This document shows positions 50,978 to 60,905 of a stretch of DNA of 64,000 bases, piece after piece. The position numbers were made by a program, and so were the translations under genes. Position 1 is the first letter of the stretch. Each line of letters opens with the position of its first letter. The notes beneath the pieces were generated by a model that searched no databases, was not told where the DNA came from, and saw only the letters and a list, made by a program, of their open reading frames with translations. Origin of the DNA: an uncultured delta proteobacterium (GTDB taxonomy: Bacteria; Myxococcota_A; Polyangia; Polyangiales; B10-G4); assembly GCA_963727445.1 (NCBI GenBank), contig CAVSGI010000020.1:608001-672000 (forward strand), written 5' to 3'.

Positions 50978-52889
50978 TCAGACCCCGCGGACCATCACTT
51001 CGCTCAGCACGGCATTGAAGGCCGCGGGATCGGGCACCTGTCCCGATTCGGCGAGGTGGGCCTGGCCGAGGAGGAGCTCCGCGTAGAGCCCGAGGCGCGG
51101 ATCGTCGTTCTTCGCTTCGAAGACCGCCTGGAGCTTTTCGATCAGTGGATGGTTCGGGTTGATCTCGAGGATGCGCTTGGTCTTCGGCGGCGTCTGACCC
51201 ATGTGCTCGAGGATCTGCGCCATGCGCGGGCTCAGGTCGTTTTCGTCACCGACCAGGCAGGCCGCCGAAGACGTGAGGCGATTCGACAGGCGCACCTCCT
51301 TGATCTCGTCCTGGAGGTGGACGCGGAAGGCGACGAGCAGGTCGGACAGCTCCTTCTGCTTCTCCTCGAGCGCTTCCGCCGCCTTCTTGCGCTCGTCTTC
51401 GGTGCCCAGCTCGACTTCGCCGCGGCTGATCGAGCGGAGGGGCTTGTCGCCGAACTTGGTGATGCGCTCGAGCCAGAATCTCGTCCACCGCGTCGGAGAA
51501 GAGGAGCACCTCGTAGCCCTTGTCGACGAACTGCTCGAGGAGTGGTGACTTGCGAAGCGACTCGTCCGAGGGGCCGGTGAGGTAATAGATGGCGTTCTGC
51601 CCTTCTTTCATCCGCTCGACGTAATCGGCCAGGGAAGTGGGCTCGGTCGCGTGCGCGGTGCTCGGCGCGAGGACCAGGTCGAGGATCTTGTCCTGCTCCT
51701 TGTGGTCGTAGCCGAGGAGCCCCTCCTTGAGCACCGGCCCGAGCTCCTTCCAGAAGGTGGCGTAGTCCTCTTGCGACTCTTCCTTCATCGAGGCGAGGGT
51801 CCGGAGCACCTGCTTCACCAGGTTCTTTCGAATGATCTGGATCTGGCGGTCCTTCTGGAGGATCTCGCGCGACACGTTCAGCGACAGGTCGTGCGCATCG
51901 ACCACGCCGCGCACGAAGCGCAGGTGTGGCGGCAACAGCTCTTTGCACTCGTCCATCACGAAGACGCGCTTCACGTAGAGCGAGAGACCGCGGCGCATTT
52001 CGGCGTTGTAGAGGTCGAAGGGAGCACGCGCCGGAATGTAGAGGAGGGCGCGCGCCTCGAAGGTGCCCTCCATCCTCACCACGATGTGGCGCAGCGGATC
52101 GGTCCAGTCGTGAGAGACGTGGTGGTAGAACTCCCGATACTCGTCTTCGGTGACCTCGTCCTTCGGTCGGTCCCAGATGGCCTTCATCGAGTTGAGCGTC
52201 TCGTCCTCGAGGACCTTCCCCTCGCTCGCGTCCGCGTCGTCGGCCCACACCGACATGCGGATCGGATAGGAGACGAAGTCGGAGTAGCGCTTCACCACGT
52301 CACTCAGCACGACGTCGTCCGTGAAGTCGCGGATGCCCTGCTCTTCGTCCATCGGCTTGAGGTGGAGGGTGACCGTCGTCCCCTGGCGGGGGCGCGCGCC
52401 TTCCTCGAGGGTGTAGGTGCCGTCTCCGGCGGACTTCCACACGGTGGCCTTCTCCTCGCCCGCCTTGCGCGTGGTGACCTCGACCTCGTCGGCCACCATG
52501 AACGCGGAATAGAAGCCCACACCGAACTGCCCGATCAGCTCTGGTGGCAGCGCGCCACCTTCGCTCTTCTTCAGCGCGCCGAGGAACTCCTTGGTCCCGG
52601 AGCGCGCGATGGTGCCGATGTTCTGGACCACCTCGTCTCGGGTCATGCCGATCCCGTTGTCGACGATGGAGAGGGTCCGCGCTTCACGGTCTCGATCGAG
52701 TCGGATCTCCAGCTCTCCCGGCGTGCGCAGGCTCTCGTCGGTGAGACGGGCGAAGCGCAGCTTGTCGAGGGCGTCGGACGCGTTGGAGATGAGCTCCCTC
52801 AGGAAGACCTCCTTGTTGGAGTAGAGGGAGTGGACCATCAGGTCGAGGAGTTGCTTCACCTCGGCCGTCAGCTCGTGTCGTTCGGTCAT
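50978..52889 (-). CDS. htpG: Hsp90 chaperone (one frameshift near 51478)
   Basis: SLYSNKEVFLRELISNASDA, IGQFGVGFYS, LNVSREILQ; C-terminal RLSNRLTSSAACLV, LEINPNHP. Confidence 0.95.
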
Positions 52890-52922
52890 GGCATGGCGAA
52901 ATTAGTTCTGCTGAACCGGCCG

Positions 52923-53627
52923 TCAACCGTCAACGGCCGGCTCCGCCTCCGGGTCGTATCCGAGATAGGCGAGGAGCCGGCGGCCGAGAGGAACGGACAC
53001 GGCGCGCTGGGCTGCGTGGGTCAGCAGGCGGTACACCGCCGTTTCGCGGACGCCTTCGGGCGCCCCCTCGGGGCCGATGTCCGGGAGTGGGACGGTGGCC
53101 TCGAGCACGCCGTTGCCCACGTCTTCGATCGTGAGACCGGGGCTGAGCTCCTCGAGGAGGCGAGCCATCGAGGTGTTCTCGGCCAGCAGCTCGCAGTGGA
53201 AGACCTCGATGCCGCGTTCTCTCGCCGCGGCGGTCAGGTGATGCAGGAGCAACGTCCCGAGGCCGAGCCCCTGGGCGTGATCGATCACCGCCAGCGCCGG
53301 CTCCGCCAGTTCGGGCTGCTCGGCATCGCGGATGAAGCGACCCACGCCGAGGCCCTCCAGGCGGCCGTCGGGGCCCACCCGCGACGCGCCGATGGCGAAG
53401 TGATCCTCGCCGTCGACGTTGGTGAGGTACTCGAGCTCCTTGTCGGTGAGCTTGAGCTTGGTGCTGAAGAAGCGCAGGTAGCGGCTCTCCGGCGACAGGC
53501 CATCGAAGCCGCGCTGCAGGAGCTCCTTGTCCTCGGGCCTGAGCGGACGCAGCAGCACCTCCGTGCCGTCCTTCAACGTCACCGTCTCCGAGTACTCGGG
53601 TCCGTAGTGTCGGCTCTGAACGGACAT
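52923..53627 (-). CDS. GNAT acetyltransferase (Pat-like GNAT domain)
   Basis: LKDGTEVLLRPL, LSPESRYLRFF, AQGLGLGTLLL, LAEN. Confidence 0.88.
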   Translation of the reverse strand: MSVQSRHYGPEYSETVTLKDGTEVLLRPLRPEDKELLQRGFDGLSPESRYLRFFSTKLKLTDKELEYLTNVDGEDHFAIGASRVGPDGRLEGLGVGRFIRDAEQPELAEPALAVIDHAQGLGLGTLLLHHLTAAARERGIEVFHCELLAENTSMARLLEELSPGLTIEDVGNGVLEATVPLPDIGPEGAPEGVRETAVYRLLTHAAQRAVSVPLGRRLLAYLGYDPEAEPAVDG

Positions 53628-53719
53628 CGTCGCGGAGCGTACTCGGCCCACCTTCGATGGTGAAGCCACCTCGGCTCGGGCACTGGCGATTCGGTGCGGC
53701 CCGACCTAGAGACCACGCG

Positions 53720-55153
53720 ATGAGGACCATCGTCTGGTTTCGAGGCAAGGACCTCCGGATCAGCGATCACGCACCGCTGACGAGCGCGCGGGAGGCGGGG
53801 GAGGTCATCCCGCTCTTCGTCCTCGACCCCTACTTCTTCGCTCCCGAGCGGGCGCGCGAGATCCCGCATCGGATCCAGTTCCTCCTGGACTCTCTCGACT
53901 CCCTCGCCCGAAACCTCGAGGCGCGCGGCTCGCGCCTCCTCTTGGTCGGCGGCCGGAGCGTGGACGTCGTCCCGCGCATCGCCGAGAGCCTCGGGGCGGA
54001 CCGGGTCGTGGCAGAGCGGTGGGTCGCGCCCTTCGCGCGCGAGCGCGACCGGCGCATCGCCGATGTCCTCGGTGAGAGGTTCGTCCTTCACGACGGGGAG
54101 ACCTTGCTGCCGCCCGGGACCCTGCGCACCGGCTCTGGCACTCCCTACGCGGTGTTCACGCCCTTCGCGAACGCCTTTCGCGATCGCGCCGAGATCGGCG
54201 CGCCGCTCCCCGCGCCTCGGACGCTCCCGCCCATCCCATCCGACGTCCGCGTCGCCGAGCTCTCCCTCCCGACGCTCGAATCCCTCGGGATCGAACGCAA
54301 CCACGCGATCCTCGAGGGTGGGGAGCGCGCAGCGAAGAGGCGCCTCTCCCGCTTCCTCGACGCGCGGGTGAAGGCCTACGACGTCGATCGCGATCGCATG
54401 GATCGGGACGGCACCAGTCGTCTGAGCGCGGATCTCAAGTTCGGGACGCTCTCCGTTCGCAGCGCGTGGACTGCCGCCGTGAAGAAGGCCGGCAAGACCA
54501 AAGGCGGCGCGTCGTTTCTGAACGAGCTCCTGTGGCGCGAGTTCGCCCACAGCACGCTCTGGGACCGCCCCGAGGTCTCGAGCCAGCCCTACCGGAGCGA
54601 CTTCGAAGGCTTTCCCTGGCGCGAGGACGACGCGGGCTGGCGCGCGTGGGCCCGCGGGAGGACTGGCTATCCCATCGTCGACGCCGCGGCGCGGCAGCTC
54701 CTCTCGGAGGGCTTCGTCCACAACCGCGCGCGGATGATCTCGGCGAGCTTCCTGACGAAGCACCTGATGATCCACTACCAGCGCGGGGAGGCTCACTACA
54801 TGCGCCACCTGACGGATGGCGACTGGGCCTCGAACAACATGGGCTGGCAGTGGGCCGCCGGCTGCGGCTGTGACGCGCAGCCGTACTTCCGTGTCTTCAA
54901 TCCCATGACTCAGGGCGACAAGTTCGATCCGAGCGGCGACTACGTCCGTCGGTGGGTGCCCGAGCTCGCCGCGATGCCCGCGAAGCACATCCACGCTCCC
55001 TGGAACGCGCCAGAGGCGATCCTCGCCGAGGCCGGGGTCGTGCTGGGACGCGACTACCCCCGTCCGATCGTGGACCACGCCGAGGCCCGCGGTCGTTACC
55101 TCGCGGCAGCCACCCATCACCTCAAGAAGGACCAGGCCCGCGAGCCTGAATAG
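53720..55153 (+). CDS. phrB: Deoxyribodipyrimidine photolyase (class I)
   Basis: WFRGKDLRISDH, TSRLS, WREF, GRTGYPIVDAA, HNRARM, NNMGWQW, FRVFNP. Confidence 0.93.
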   Translation: MRTIVWFRGKDLRISDHAPLTSAREAGEVIPLFVLDPYFFAPERAREIPHRIQFLLDSLDSLARNLEARGSRLLLVGGRSVDVVPRIAESLGADRVVAERWVAPFARERDRRIADVLGERFVLHDGETLLPPGTLRTGSGTPYAVFTPFANAFRDRAEIGAPLPAPRTLPPIPSDVRVAELSLPTLESLGIERNHAILEGGERAAKRRLSRFLDARVKAYDVDRDRMDRDGTSRLSADLKFGTLSVRSAWTAAVKKAGKTKGGASFLNELLWREFAHSTLWDRPEVSSQPYRSDFEGFPWREDDAGWRAWARGRTGYPIVDAAARQLLSEGFVHNRARMISASFLTKHLMIHYQRGEAHYMRHLTDGDWASNNMGWQWAAGCGCDAQPYFRVFNPMTQGDKFDPSGDYVRRWVPELAAMPAKHIHAPWNAPEAILAEAGVVLGRDYPRPIVDHAEARGRYLAAATHHLKKDQAREPE

Positions 55154-55185
55154 ACCGATTGGTCAAAAAAGACAGGTCGGTCTAT
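55150..55185. promoter_or_regulatory. Tandem TetR operator dyads overlapping the TetR promoter
   Basis: TAGACCGATTGGTCAA and AAGACAGGTCGGTCTA; outer 9-bp inverted repeat atagaccga/tcggtctat abuts -10 TATATT. Confidence 0.7.
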
Positions 55186-55194
55186 ATTGAGGCC

Positions 55195-55788
55195 GTGCCC
55201 TACGCGAAGAGCGAGCGAACCCAACGGAAGCTCATCGAGAGCACGGCACGCCTGCTCCGCACGCGGGGCTATGCGGCGACCGGCCTGACCGCCATCGTGG
55301 CCGAGAGCGGGGTGCCGAAAGGGTCGCTCTACCATCACTTCCCCGGTGGCAAGGAAGCGCTGGCGGCCGCGGCGATCAGCCACGCGGGGGACGAGGTGGT
55401 GACCACCCTCGCCCGGATGATCGACGCCGCCGATGACCCGGCCCGCGCCATTCGCGATTACGTGAATCACTGCATCGCGGAGCTCCGGGCCAGCGATTAC
55501 CAACGGGGCTCGCCCCTCGCGACAGTCGCGCTCGAGGCGGCCGCCCACGTCGAGGCCGTTCACGAGGCGTGCAGCGGAGCTTTCGACGACGTGGTGGAGC
55601 TGCTCGCCGGCCGCCTCGAACGAAAGGGAGTGCGTGGGCCCGACGCCGAGAGTGTGGCATTGCTCACGGTTGCGGCCATCGAAGGCGCCCTCGTCCTTTC
55701 GAAGGCCAGTCGCGATTGTCGCGCGCTCGAGGCCGTGCGTGACCAGCTCGTTCGCGGGCTCGAGCGGTCCATCGGCGGCCGCTCTTAA
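55195..55788 (+). CDS. TetR-family regulator (LmrA/YxaF-like)
   Basis: GYAATGLTAIVAESGVPKGSLYHHFPGGKE; GSPLATVALE; IEGALVL. Confidence 0.9.
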   Translation: MPYAKSERTQRKLIESTARLLRTRGYAATGLTAIVAESGVPKGSLYHHFPGGKEALAAAAISHAGDEVVTTLARMIDAADDPARAIRDYVNHCIAELRASDYQRGSPLATVALEAAAHVEAVHEACSGAFDDVVELLAGRLERKGVRGPDAESVALLTVAAIEGALVLSKASRDCRALEAVRDQLVRGLERSIGGRS

Positions 55789-55848
55789 TTGGCGCAGCGC
55801 GCTTCGGAGTCGTTTGCGCCGACCCACAAAGTGGTGGATACCCGACAG

Positions 55849-56505
55849 ATGAGGTTCCCCATCCTCCTCCTGGCGGCGCTCGCCGCCGGGGCGTGTACCG
55901 ATGCGCACGGAGACCACGCCGCCGCTTCACGGCAGGCGCAAGTGGAGCGGTCCTCCGGCGACGAGCCCGCGCACATCGTCTCGCCCGACGAGGGCAACGC
56001 CGCCGAACGTCAGGCGAAGCAGGCGTATCGCGAGCCCGGCTCCACCGAGGTGCAGGCGGTCGATTGGACCGATGCCGCGTCGCATCCGCGCGCCGACATC
56101 TCCTCGCTGTCGGAAGACGCGCGCGTAGCCGTCGAGAGCGCGCCGCTCCCCGTGCTCCTCCCGCGCGATCCCGCCCTGCTGACGGGTGCCGTCATCACGC
56201 GCGGGCCGACCTGGTACGCGGCGTCCCTCCATCCCGCCGGTCACCACATCACGATTCACGGTCGCACGCTCGCAGTGCACCAGCCGGCGCTCGCTGCCGA
56301 GGTCCCGGAGGATCGTCGCCGTCAGCCAGGAGAGACCTCGCTCACCCGCACCGACGGCATCGTCAACGTCGCCTTCGAAGCGTTCGGTGTCTCCTACATG
56401 CTCGACGTCGAGTGCGAGGCGCCCGCCACCGACACGCGCTGCACCGAGGACGATTACGCGGAGTCCCTGGTGCGCGATCTCGGCGTCGCCGGGGGCGCGC
56501 CATGA
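55849..56505 (+). CDS. Hypothetical lipoprotein coupled to the M23 gene
   Basis: Lipobox AGAC; LPVLLP; FGVSYMLDVEC...RC; ATGA overlap with the next gene. Confidence 0.7.
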   Translation: MRFPILLLAALAAGACTDAHGDHAAASRQAQVERSSGDEPAHIVSPDEGNAAERQAKQAYREPGSTEVQAVDWTDAASHPRADISSLSEDARVAVESAPLPVLLPRDPALLTGAVITRGPTWYAASLHPAGHHITIHGRTLAVHQPALAAEVPEDRRRQPGETSLTRTDGIVNVAFEAFGVSYMLDVECEAPATDTRCTEDDYAESLVRDLGVAGGAP

Positions 56506-57857
56506 GCGCTCGCTGCGTCCTCGTTCTCTGTGCGTGGCTCCTCGCCGCGTCGGCGGCGGCGCAAGACTTCACCTACGATCCACCGGGAGTCCTGGTGCCC
56601 GGCAGCGGCGAAGGTCGCGCCGACGACATGGTCTACGTCCCCGGGATGCGCTTCCCGATCGAAGAAGCGCCCGCGTATCCGAACTCGCAGGTGTGGGGCG
56701 TCGGCGGCTCCGAAGGGCCGAGCGGCTCGCAGTGTGACGAGCGCAACTTCTCCTATCCGTGGCACGACAACTTCTGCGAATCGCGGAGCTGGGACATGCC
56801 CCTCTGCCCGGCCGGGACCGGCCATCAGGGACAGGACATCCGCGCTTCGACCTGCGACCGCGACACCCATTGGGCGGTCGCGGCCGAGGATGGCGTGATC
56901 TCCAGCATCGGGAGCTACACGGTCTATCTGACGGCGGATAGTGGCACCCTGCATCGCTACCTGCACATGGAGGTCTCGTCCCTCGCGGTGCGCGAGGGGC
57001 AGCGCGTCGCCCGCGGCGATCACATGGGGCGCGTCTCCAACAACTTCGGCGGCACCGCCACCACCGTGCATCTGCACTTCGACCAGAACCAGTACATCTC
57101 GGGGCTCGGCGCGGTCTTCGTCCCTCCTTACATGTCGTTGGTCGCTGCCTACGAGGAGCTCCTCGGCATGGAGGCCGCGCCGTGCTTCCTCATCCCGGCC
57201 GAGGGCACCACGCTCGACGACGCCGGGCCTTGCTTCCGCCAGTACGGTCCGCCGGACTACTGGCGCGTCGAGGACGGCCCGGGCATCGACGGCAGCACGC
57301 ATTGGACCAACGCCTGGGACGGGGACCATCCGGGCAACTGGGCCCAGTGGCGGCTCTTCTTCGAGACGGCGGGGACCTATCGCGTCGAGGTCGACGTCGT
57401 TCCTCCGTTCAACCTGTCGACGCAGGTGCCCTACCGCGTCAGGCACGCCGGGGAGGAGACCGACGTGGTCGTCGATCAATCGGCGGCGACGGATTGGATC
57501 GAGCTCGGCGTCTTCGATTTCGACGCCGGCGGCGACCAGGTGGTGTCGATCTTCGACAACTCGGGCGAGAGCGCGTCCGACCTGCACATCACCGCTGACG
57601 CCCTTCGGATCACCGCGGTCGGCACCGGCATGCCGGACGCCGGGCTTCCCGACGCGGAGGCCATGCCCGACGCGCACTTCGAGGATGCGGCCGGTCCCGA
57701 CGCGGCCATCGTCATCGGGGCCGAGCCGGAGCCCGAGGACCGCGGTTGCGGATGCGTCGCCGCTGGCGCGACGCGGCGCGACGCGAGGCAGGGCGGCTTC
57801 GCCTTCGGGCTCGTCGCGCTCTTCGGCATCCTGTTGGCGCGGCGCCGGCGCCTATAG
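56502..57857 (+). CDS. M23-family peptidase with beta-sandwich domain and MYXO-CTERM-like anchor
   Basis: Signal peptide; GHQGQD, YLHM, HLH; GTYRVEV..WIELGVF..ADALR; GCGC + TM + RRRR tail. Confidence 0.8.
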   Translation: MSARCVLVLCAWLLAASAAAQDFTYDPPGVLVPGSGEGRADDMVYVPGMRFPIEEAPAYPNSQVWGVGGSEGPSGSQCDERNFSYPWHDNFCESRSWDMPLCPAGTGHQGQDIRASTCDRDTHWAVAAEDGVISSIGSYTVYLTADSGTLHRYLHMEVSSLAVREGQRVARGDHMGRVSNNFGGTATTVHLHFDQNQYISGLGAVFVPPYMSLVAAYEELLGMEAAPCFLIPAEGTTLDDAGPCFRQYGPPDYWRVEDGPGIDGSTHWTNAWDGDHPGNWAQWRLFFETAGTYRVEVDVVPPFNLSTQVPYRVRHAGEETDVVVDQSAATDWIELGVFDFDAGGDQVVSIFDNSGESASDLHITADALRITAVGTGMPDAGLPDAEAMPDAHFEDAAGPDAAIVIGAEPEPEDRGCGCVAAGATRRDARQGGFAFGLVALFGILLARRRRL

Positions 57858-58244
57858 CGCTTCCACCGCGCGGGTGAGGCGAGCGCGCACGTCCTTGGCG
57901 AGCTCGGCGAGCTCCGCCCCGCCGAAGGGGCCCATGGCGGCTTCGGGATCGACGGCCGAGACCACGGTCTTGCCAGCATCGCCCTCGTAGACCAGCACGT
58001 TGCAGGGGAGCAGCACGCCGACGTCGAGGTCGGTGCTGAGCGCTTTGTGCGCGATGGGCGGGTTGCACGCGCCGAGGATCTTGTAGCGGCGGAAATCCAC
58101 GTCGAGCTTCTTCTTCAGAGTCTCTTTGACGTCGATCTCGGTCAGGACGCCGAAGCCCTCCTTCTTGAGCTCTTCGGGGAGCTTCGTGAGGACCTCGTCG
58201 TAGCTCAGGTCCACCTCACGCTTGATCGCGGGCATCTTGCTCAT
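57852..58244 (-). CDS. DUF302 protein
   Basis: EGFGVLTEID, YKILGACNP, LLPCNV. Confidence 0.9.
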   Translation of the reverse strand: MSKMPAIKREVDLSYDEVLTKLPEELKKEGFGVLTEIDVKETLKKKLDVDFRRYKILGACNPPIAHKALSTDLDVGVLLPCNVLVYEGDAGKTVVSAVDPEAAMGPFGGAELAELAKDVRARLTRAVEAL

Positions 58245-58350
58245 TGTCGAAACCTCCGGTCGTCATCTATGCGCGGCCGAGGGTAGGTAAAGTGGCAGCA
58301 CCCCGCCAGAGCTCTGCCGCCCGGACCCGAAGCCGCTAGACTGCGGGGAA

Positions 58351-59139
58351 ATGGCCAAAGTCGATCAGCACGCGAACCCCACGCGGGAAGAGCCCCTGAC
58401 CCCGGACGACACCCGAGCGCCCACCCACGCCGAGCGCGCGCGCACCATGGTGTCGCTCCTGGGGACGGGGACGCTCTCGACGTTGGGGGAGGGCGGCTAT
58501 CCCCACGGCTCCTACGTCACCTTCGCGATGCACGGGCCCGATCCGGTGTTCCTGATCAGCAAGCTCGCGACCCACACCCAGAACCTGATGAAGGATCCGC
58601 GCGCATCGCTGATGGCGCACGAGTCGCACGCCGAAGATCCGCTCGCGAACGGGCGCGTCACGCTCCTGGGACCGTGCGTTCGTCTCGAGGACGATGGGGA
58701 AGCGCGCGCCGCATATCTCGCGGTCCAGCCCCAGGCCGAGTACTACGTCGACTTCGCGGACTTCTCTTTCTATCGGCTCACGGTGGAGTCGCTGCGCTAC
58801 ATCGGCGGCTACGGACGGATGAGCTGGGTGGACGTCGCTGATTGGCGTTCCGCCGAGCCCGACCCTCTCGCTGCCCACGCACGAGGCATCCTCGCGCACA
58901 TGAACGAGGACCACGCGGACGCGCTCGTCGCCTACGCCCGCGCCTTCACCCGGGCGACGGACGCCGACTACGCCGTCATGACCGGGGTCGACCGCTACGG
59001 TTTCGAGATGAGCGTCCGCACCGAGCGCGGCATGCGCCCGGCGCGCCTCGCCTTCGACGCCGACATCACCACCCCCGAGGCGGCGCGCAAGGCCCTGGTG
59101 GCGCTGGTGAAGAAGGCCCGCGCGCAGCTGAATCCGTAG
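58351..59139 (+). CDS. HugZ/PNPOx-like split-barrel protein with DUF2470
   Basis: GYPHGSYV, LATHTQNL..DPRASL, IGGYGRMSW, HMNEDH, GVDRYG. Confidence 0.88.
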   Translation: MAKVDQHANPTREEPLTPDDTRAPTHAERARTMVSLLGTGTLSTLGEGGYPHGSYVTFAMHGPDPVFLISKLATHTQNLMKDPRASLMAHESHAEDPLANGRVTLLGPCVRLEDDGEARAAYLAVQPQAEYYVDFADFSFYRLTVESLRYIGGYGRMSWVDVADWRSAEPDPLAAHARGILAHMNEDHADALVAYARAFTRATDADYAVMTGVDRYGFEMSVRTERGMRPARLAFDADITTPEAARKALVALVKKARAQLNP

Positions 59140-59152
59140 CGCTGGGCAAGCG

Positions 59153-59821
59153 TCACTCGTCGCCCGCGTCGTCGGTGAGTGATCCGTCAGCCGCGATGCG
59201 GTACGCGTGCGTGGCGGCGTCCTCCCCCTCTTCGCCGGTACTGGTGGTGATGCGAACAGAAACGCTCCCATCGTCGTGGGACGCGGTCTGAGGAAATCCA
59301 TCGGACGCCTCGAACGCGTGAAGGACCTCACCCACGACGGTCATCGCGATCAGTCGCTTGTGACGTGGGTCTGCCTCCGCGAAGGCCGGCTCTGCCAGGA
59401 TGGCCTCCGCGGCAGCGCGCGCCTCTCGATGAAACACCTGGCCCACGAAGACGCCGAGCAGATGGCACCCGTCGTCGAACTCGCCCACGACGACCACGTC
59501 CTGTGTGTACACGGGCCGGGTGAGGCAGCGAGCGGCGTGATGATCGCCGATCGTGCTCGGATCGCCCCCGGTCTCCGCGGTGGCGCGCCGCAAGACAGCG
59601 ATGTCGTCCGTGAGATCGATCGCCTCGGCCGCTTCCTCGCTCACCTCGGGGGCCGTGGTCTCGGTCGCCCCCTCGGCCTCCACCTCGCCGCCGCCTGATT
59701 CGGCCTCGGGTGGGGCGCTCTCTGCGGCGTGCTCGGTGGGAGGTCCATCGCACGCGCTGAGACAGGTGAACAGGACGAGAGGAAGGACGAGGGGCTTCGG
59801 CGCGACAATGGGGCGGATCAT
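59153..59821 (-). CDS. Hypothetical lipoprotein
   Basis: Lipobox LSAC, acidic linker. Confidence 0.6.
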   Translation of the reverse strand: MIRPIVAPKPLVLPLVLFTCLSACDGPPTEHAAESAPPEAESGGGEVEAEGATETTAPEVSEEAAEAIDLTDDIAVLRRATAETGGDPSTIGDHHAARCLTRPVYTQDVVVVGEFDDGCHLLGVFVGQVFHREARAAAEAILAEPAFAEADPRHKRLIAMTVVGEVLHAFEASDGFPQTASHDDGSVSVRITTSTGEEGEDAATHAYRIAADGSLTDDAGDE

Positions 59822-59848
59822 ACGCGCCGAGCTTAGTACAATCCCCGC

Positions 59849-60772
59849 GTGTCGCGCCTCGACGATGCGGAGTCCCGCGCGCAGATCGGAGCCCTTCTGC
59901 GTACGCCCCCCGCGGGGGCCGCGGCCCTCTGTCTCGAGCGCTACATGAAGATCCCGCCGTCCGGGATCGGAGGCGAGATCCTCGACCAGCTCCTGGTGGA
60001 CGACGACACGCCGTCGGCCCGCGAGCGACCGGGGCGGCGTGTGGTCTGGCGCGATGCATCGGGCCGAGAGCTCTCGGCCGTCGATGTTCACCCGATCAAG
60101 CGCGACTTCGAATCGTCGCTCTTGCCCCATGCCATCGCGGCCATCGCGGGCAGAGATCTCCGCCTCTTGGTCTACTGCGAGGTGCCGACCCTCACCGACC
60201 CGCCGCGCGAAGTCGAGCGTTTCGACGGCCAGGCGCTCCTCCGACCGACCGCTGAGGAGAGCGCCTCTCGGGAAGTGCTCGCCCGCCACGGCTACACCGT
60301 CGAGGTGCGCGACGGCGCAACCGAGATCTCCTGGAGCCAGAAGCTTCCTCCGCCGGGGCGCATGATGATCTTCTTCCTGCCTCTGATCCTTCCGATCATC
60401 ATCCCCCTCCTTCCCCTCGCGCTGGTGAGCCGCGAGATCCGCGAGCTGATCACGACGCTCTTCCGCAAGATGTTCCGCAGCGAGCAACATCGCTTCTCGC
60501 TGCGGATCACGCCCGACCGCATCGAAATGCGCTACGAGGCGAGCGGCCAGGCTCCGCAGGTGGCCGACGTCGCCATCCGGGACGTGCGCGCCGTGAGCTT
60601 CGCCCCGCGGCGGAGCCAGCTCAGACCGGATGCGCGGGGTCTGCTCCGATTGATCACTGGCGACCGCGTCTTCGCGGTCGACCACGCGCCGACGACGATC
60701 GAGACCGACCGGCACTTCGCGATCGGCGAGGCGCTCGCCAATCTCCTTCGCCAGGCGTGCGTGAGCCGCTAG
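59849..60772 (+). CDS. Hypothetical membrane protein
   Basis: 307-aa ORF with one Pro/Leu-rich TM segment; TACAAT -10 element just upstream. Confidence 0.6.
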   Translation: MSRLDDAESRAQIGALLRTPPAGAAALCLERYMKIPPSGIGGEILDQLLVDDDTPSARERPGRRVVWRDASGRELSAVDVHPIKRDFESSLLPHAIAAIAGRDLRLLVYCEVPTLTDPPREVERFDGQALLRPTAEESASREVLARHGYTVEVRDGATEISWSQKLPPPGRMMIFFLPLILPIIIPLLPLALVSREIRELITTLFRKMFRSEQHRFSLRITPDRIEMRYEASGQAPQVADVAIRDVRAVSFAPRRSQLRPDARGLLRLITGDRVFAVDHAPTTIETDRHFAIGEALANLLRQACVSR

Positions 60773-60784
60773 TCACTAGCTGGC

Positions 60785-60821
60785 GTGCAGCCGATCTCAC
60801 GGGCTGTGCAGGTGCTTGCAC
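60785..60821. promoter_or_regulatory. Tandem GTGCA-N6-TGCAC dyads, probable enhancer-binding-protein sites
   Basis: gtgcagccgatctcac (60785) and gtgcaggtgcttgcac (60806), 21 bp apart. Confidence 0.55.
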
Positions 60822-60861
60822 GCTTCGGGTGCCGGGCCGCGGGAGCGCCGGGAAAACACGG

Positions 60862-60877
60862 TGGCATGCAGATTGCC
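60862..60877 (+). promoter_or_regulatory. sigma54 (-24/-12) promoter
   Basis: TGGCATGCAGATTGCC; AGGAGGAGG Shine-Dalgarno and ATG 60906 follow. Confidence 0.75.
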
Positions 60878-60905
60878 AATCCTCCGTGAAAAGGAGGAGG
60901 ACATC

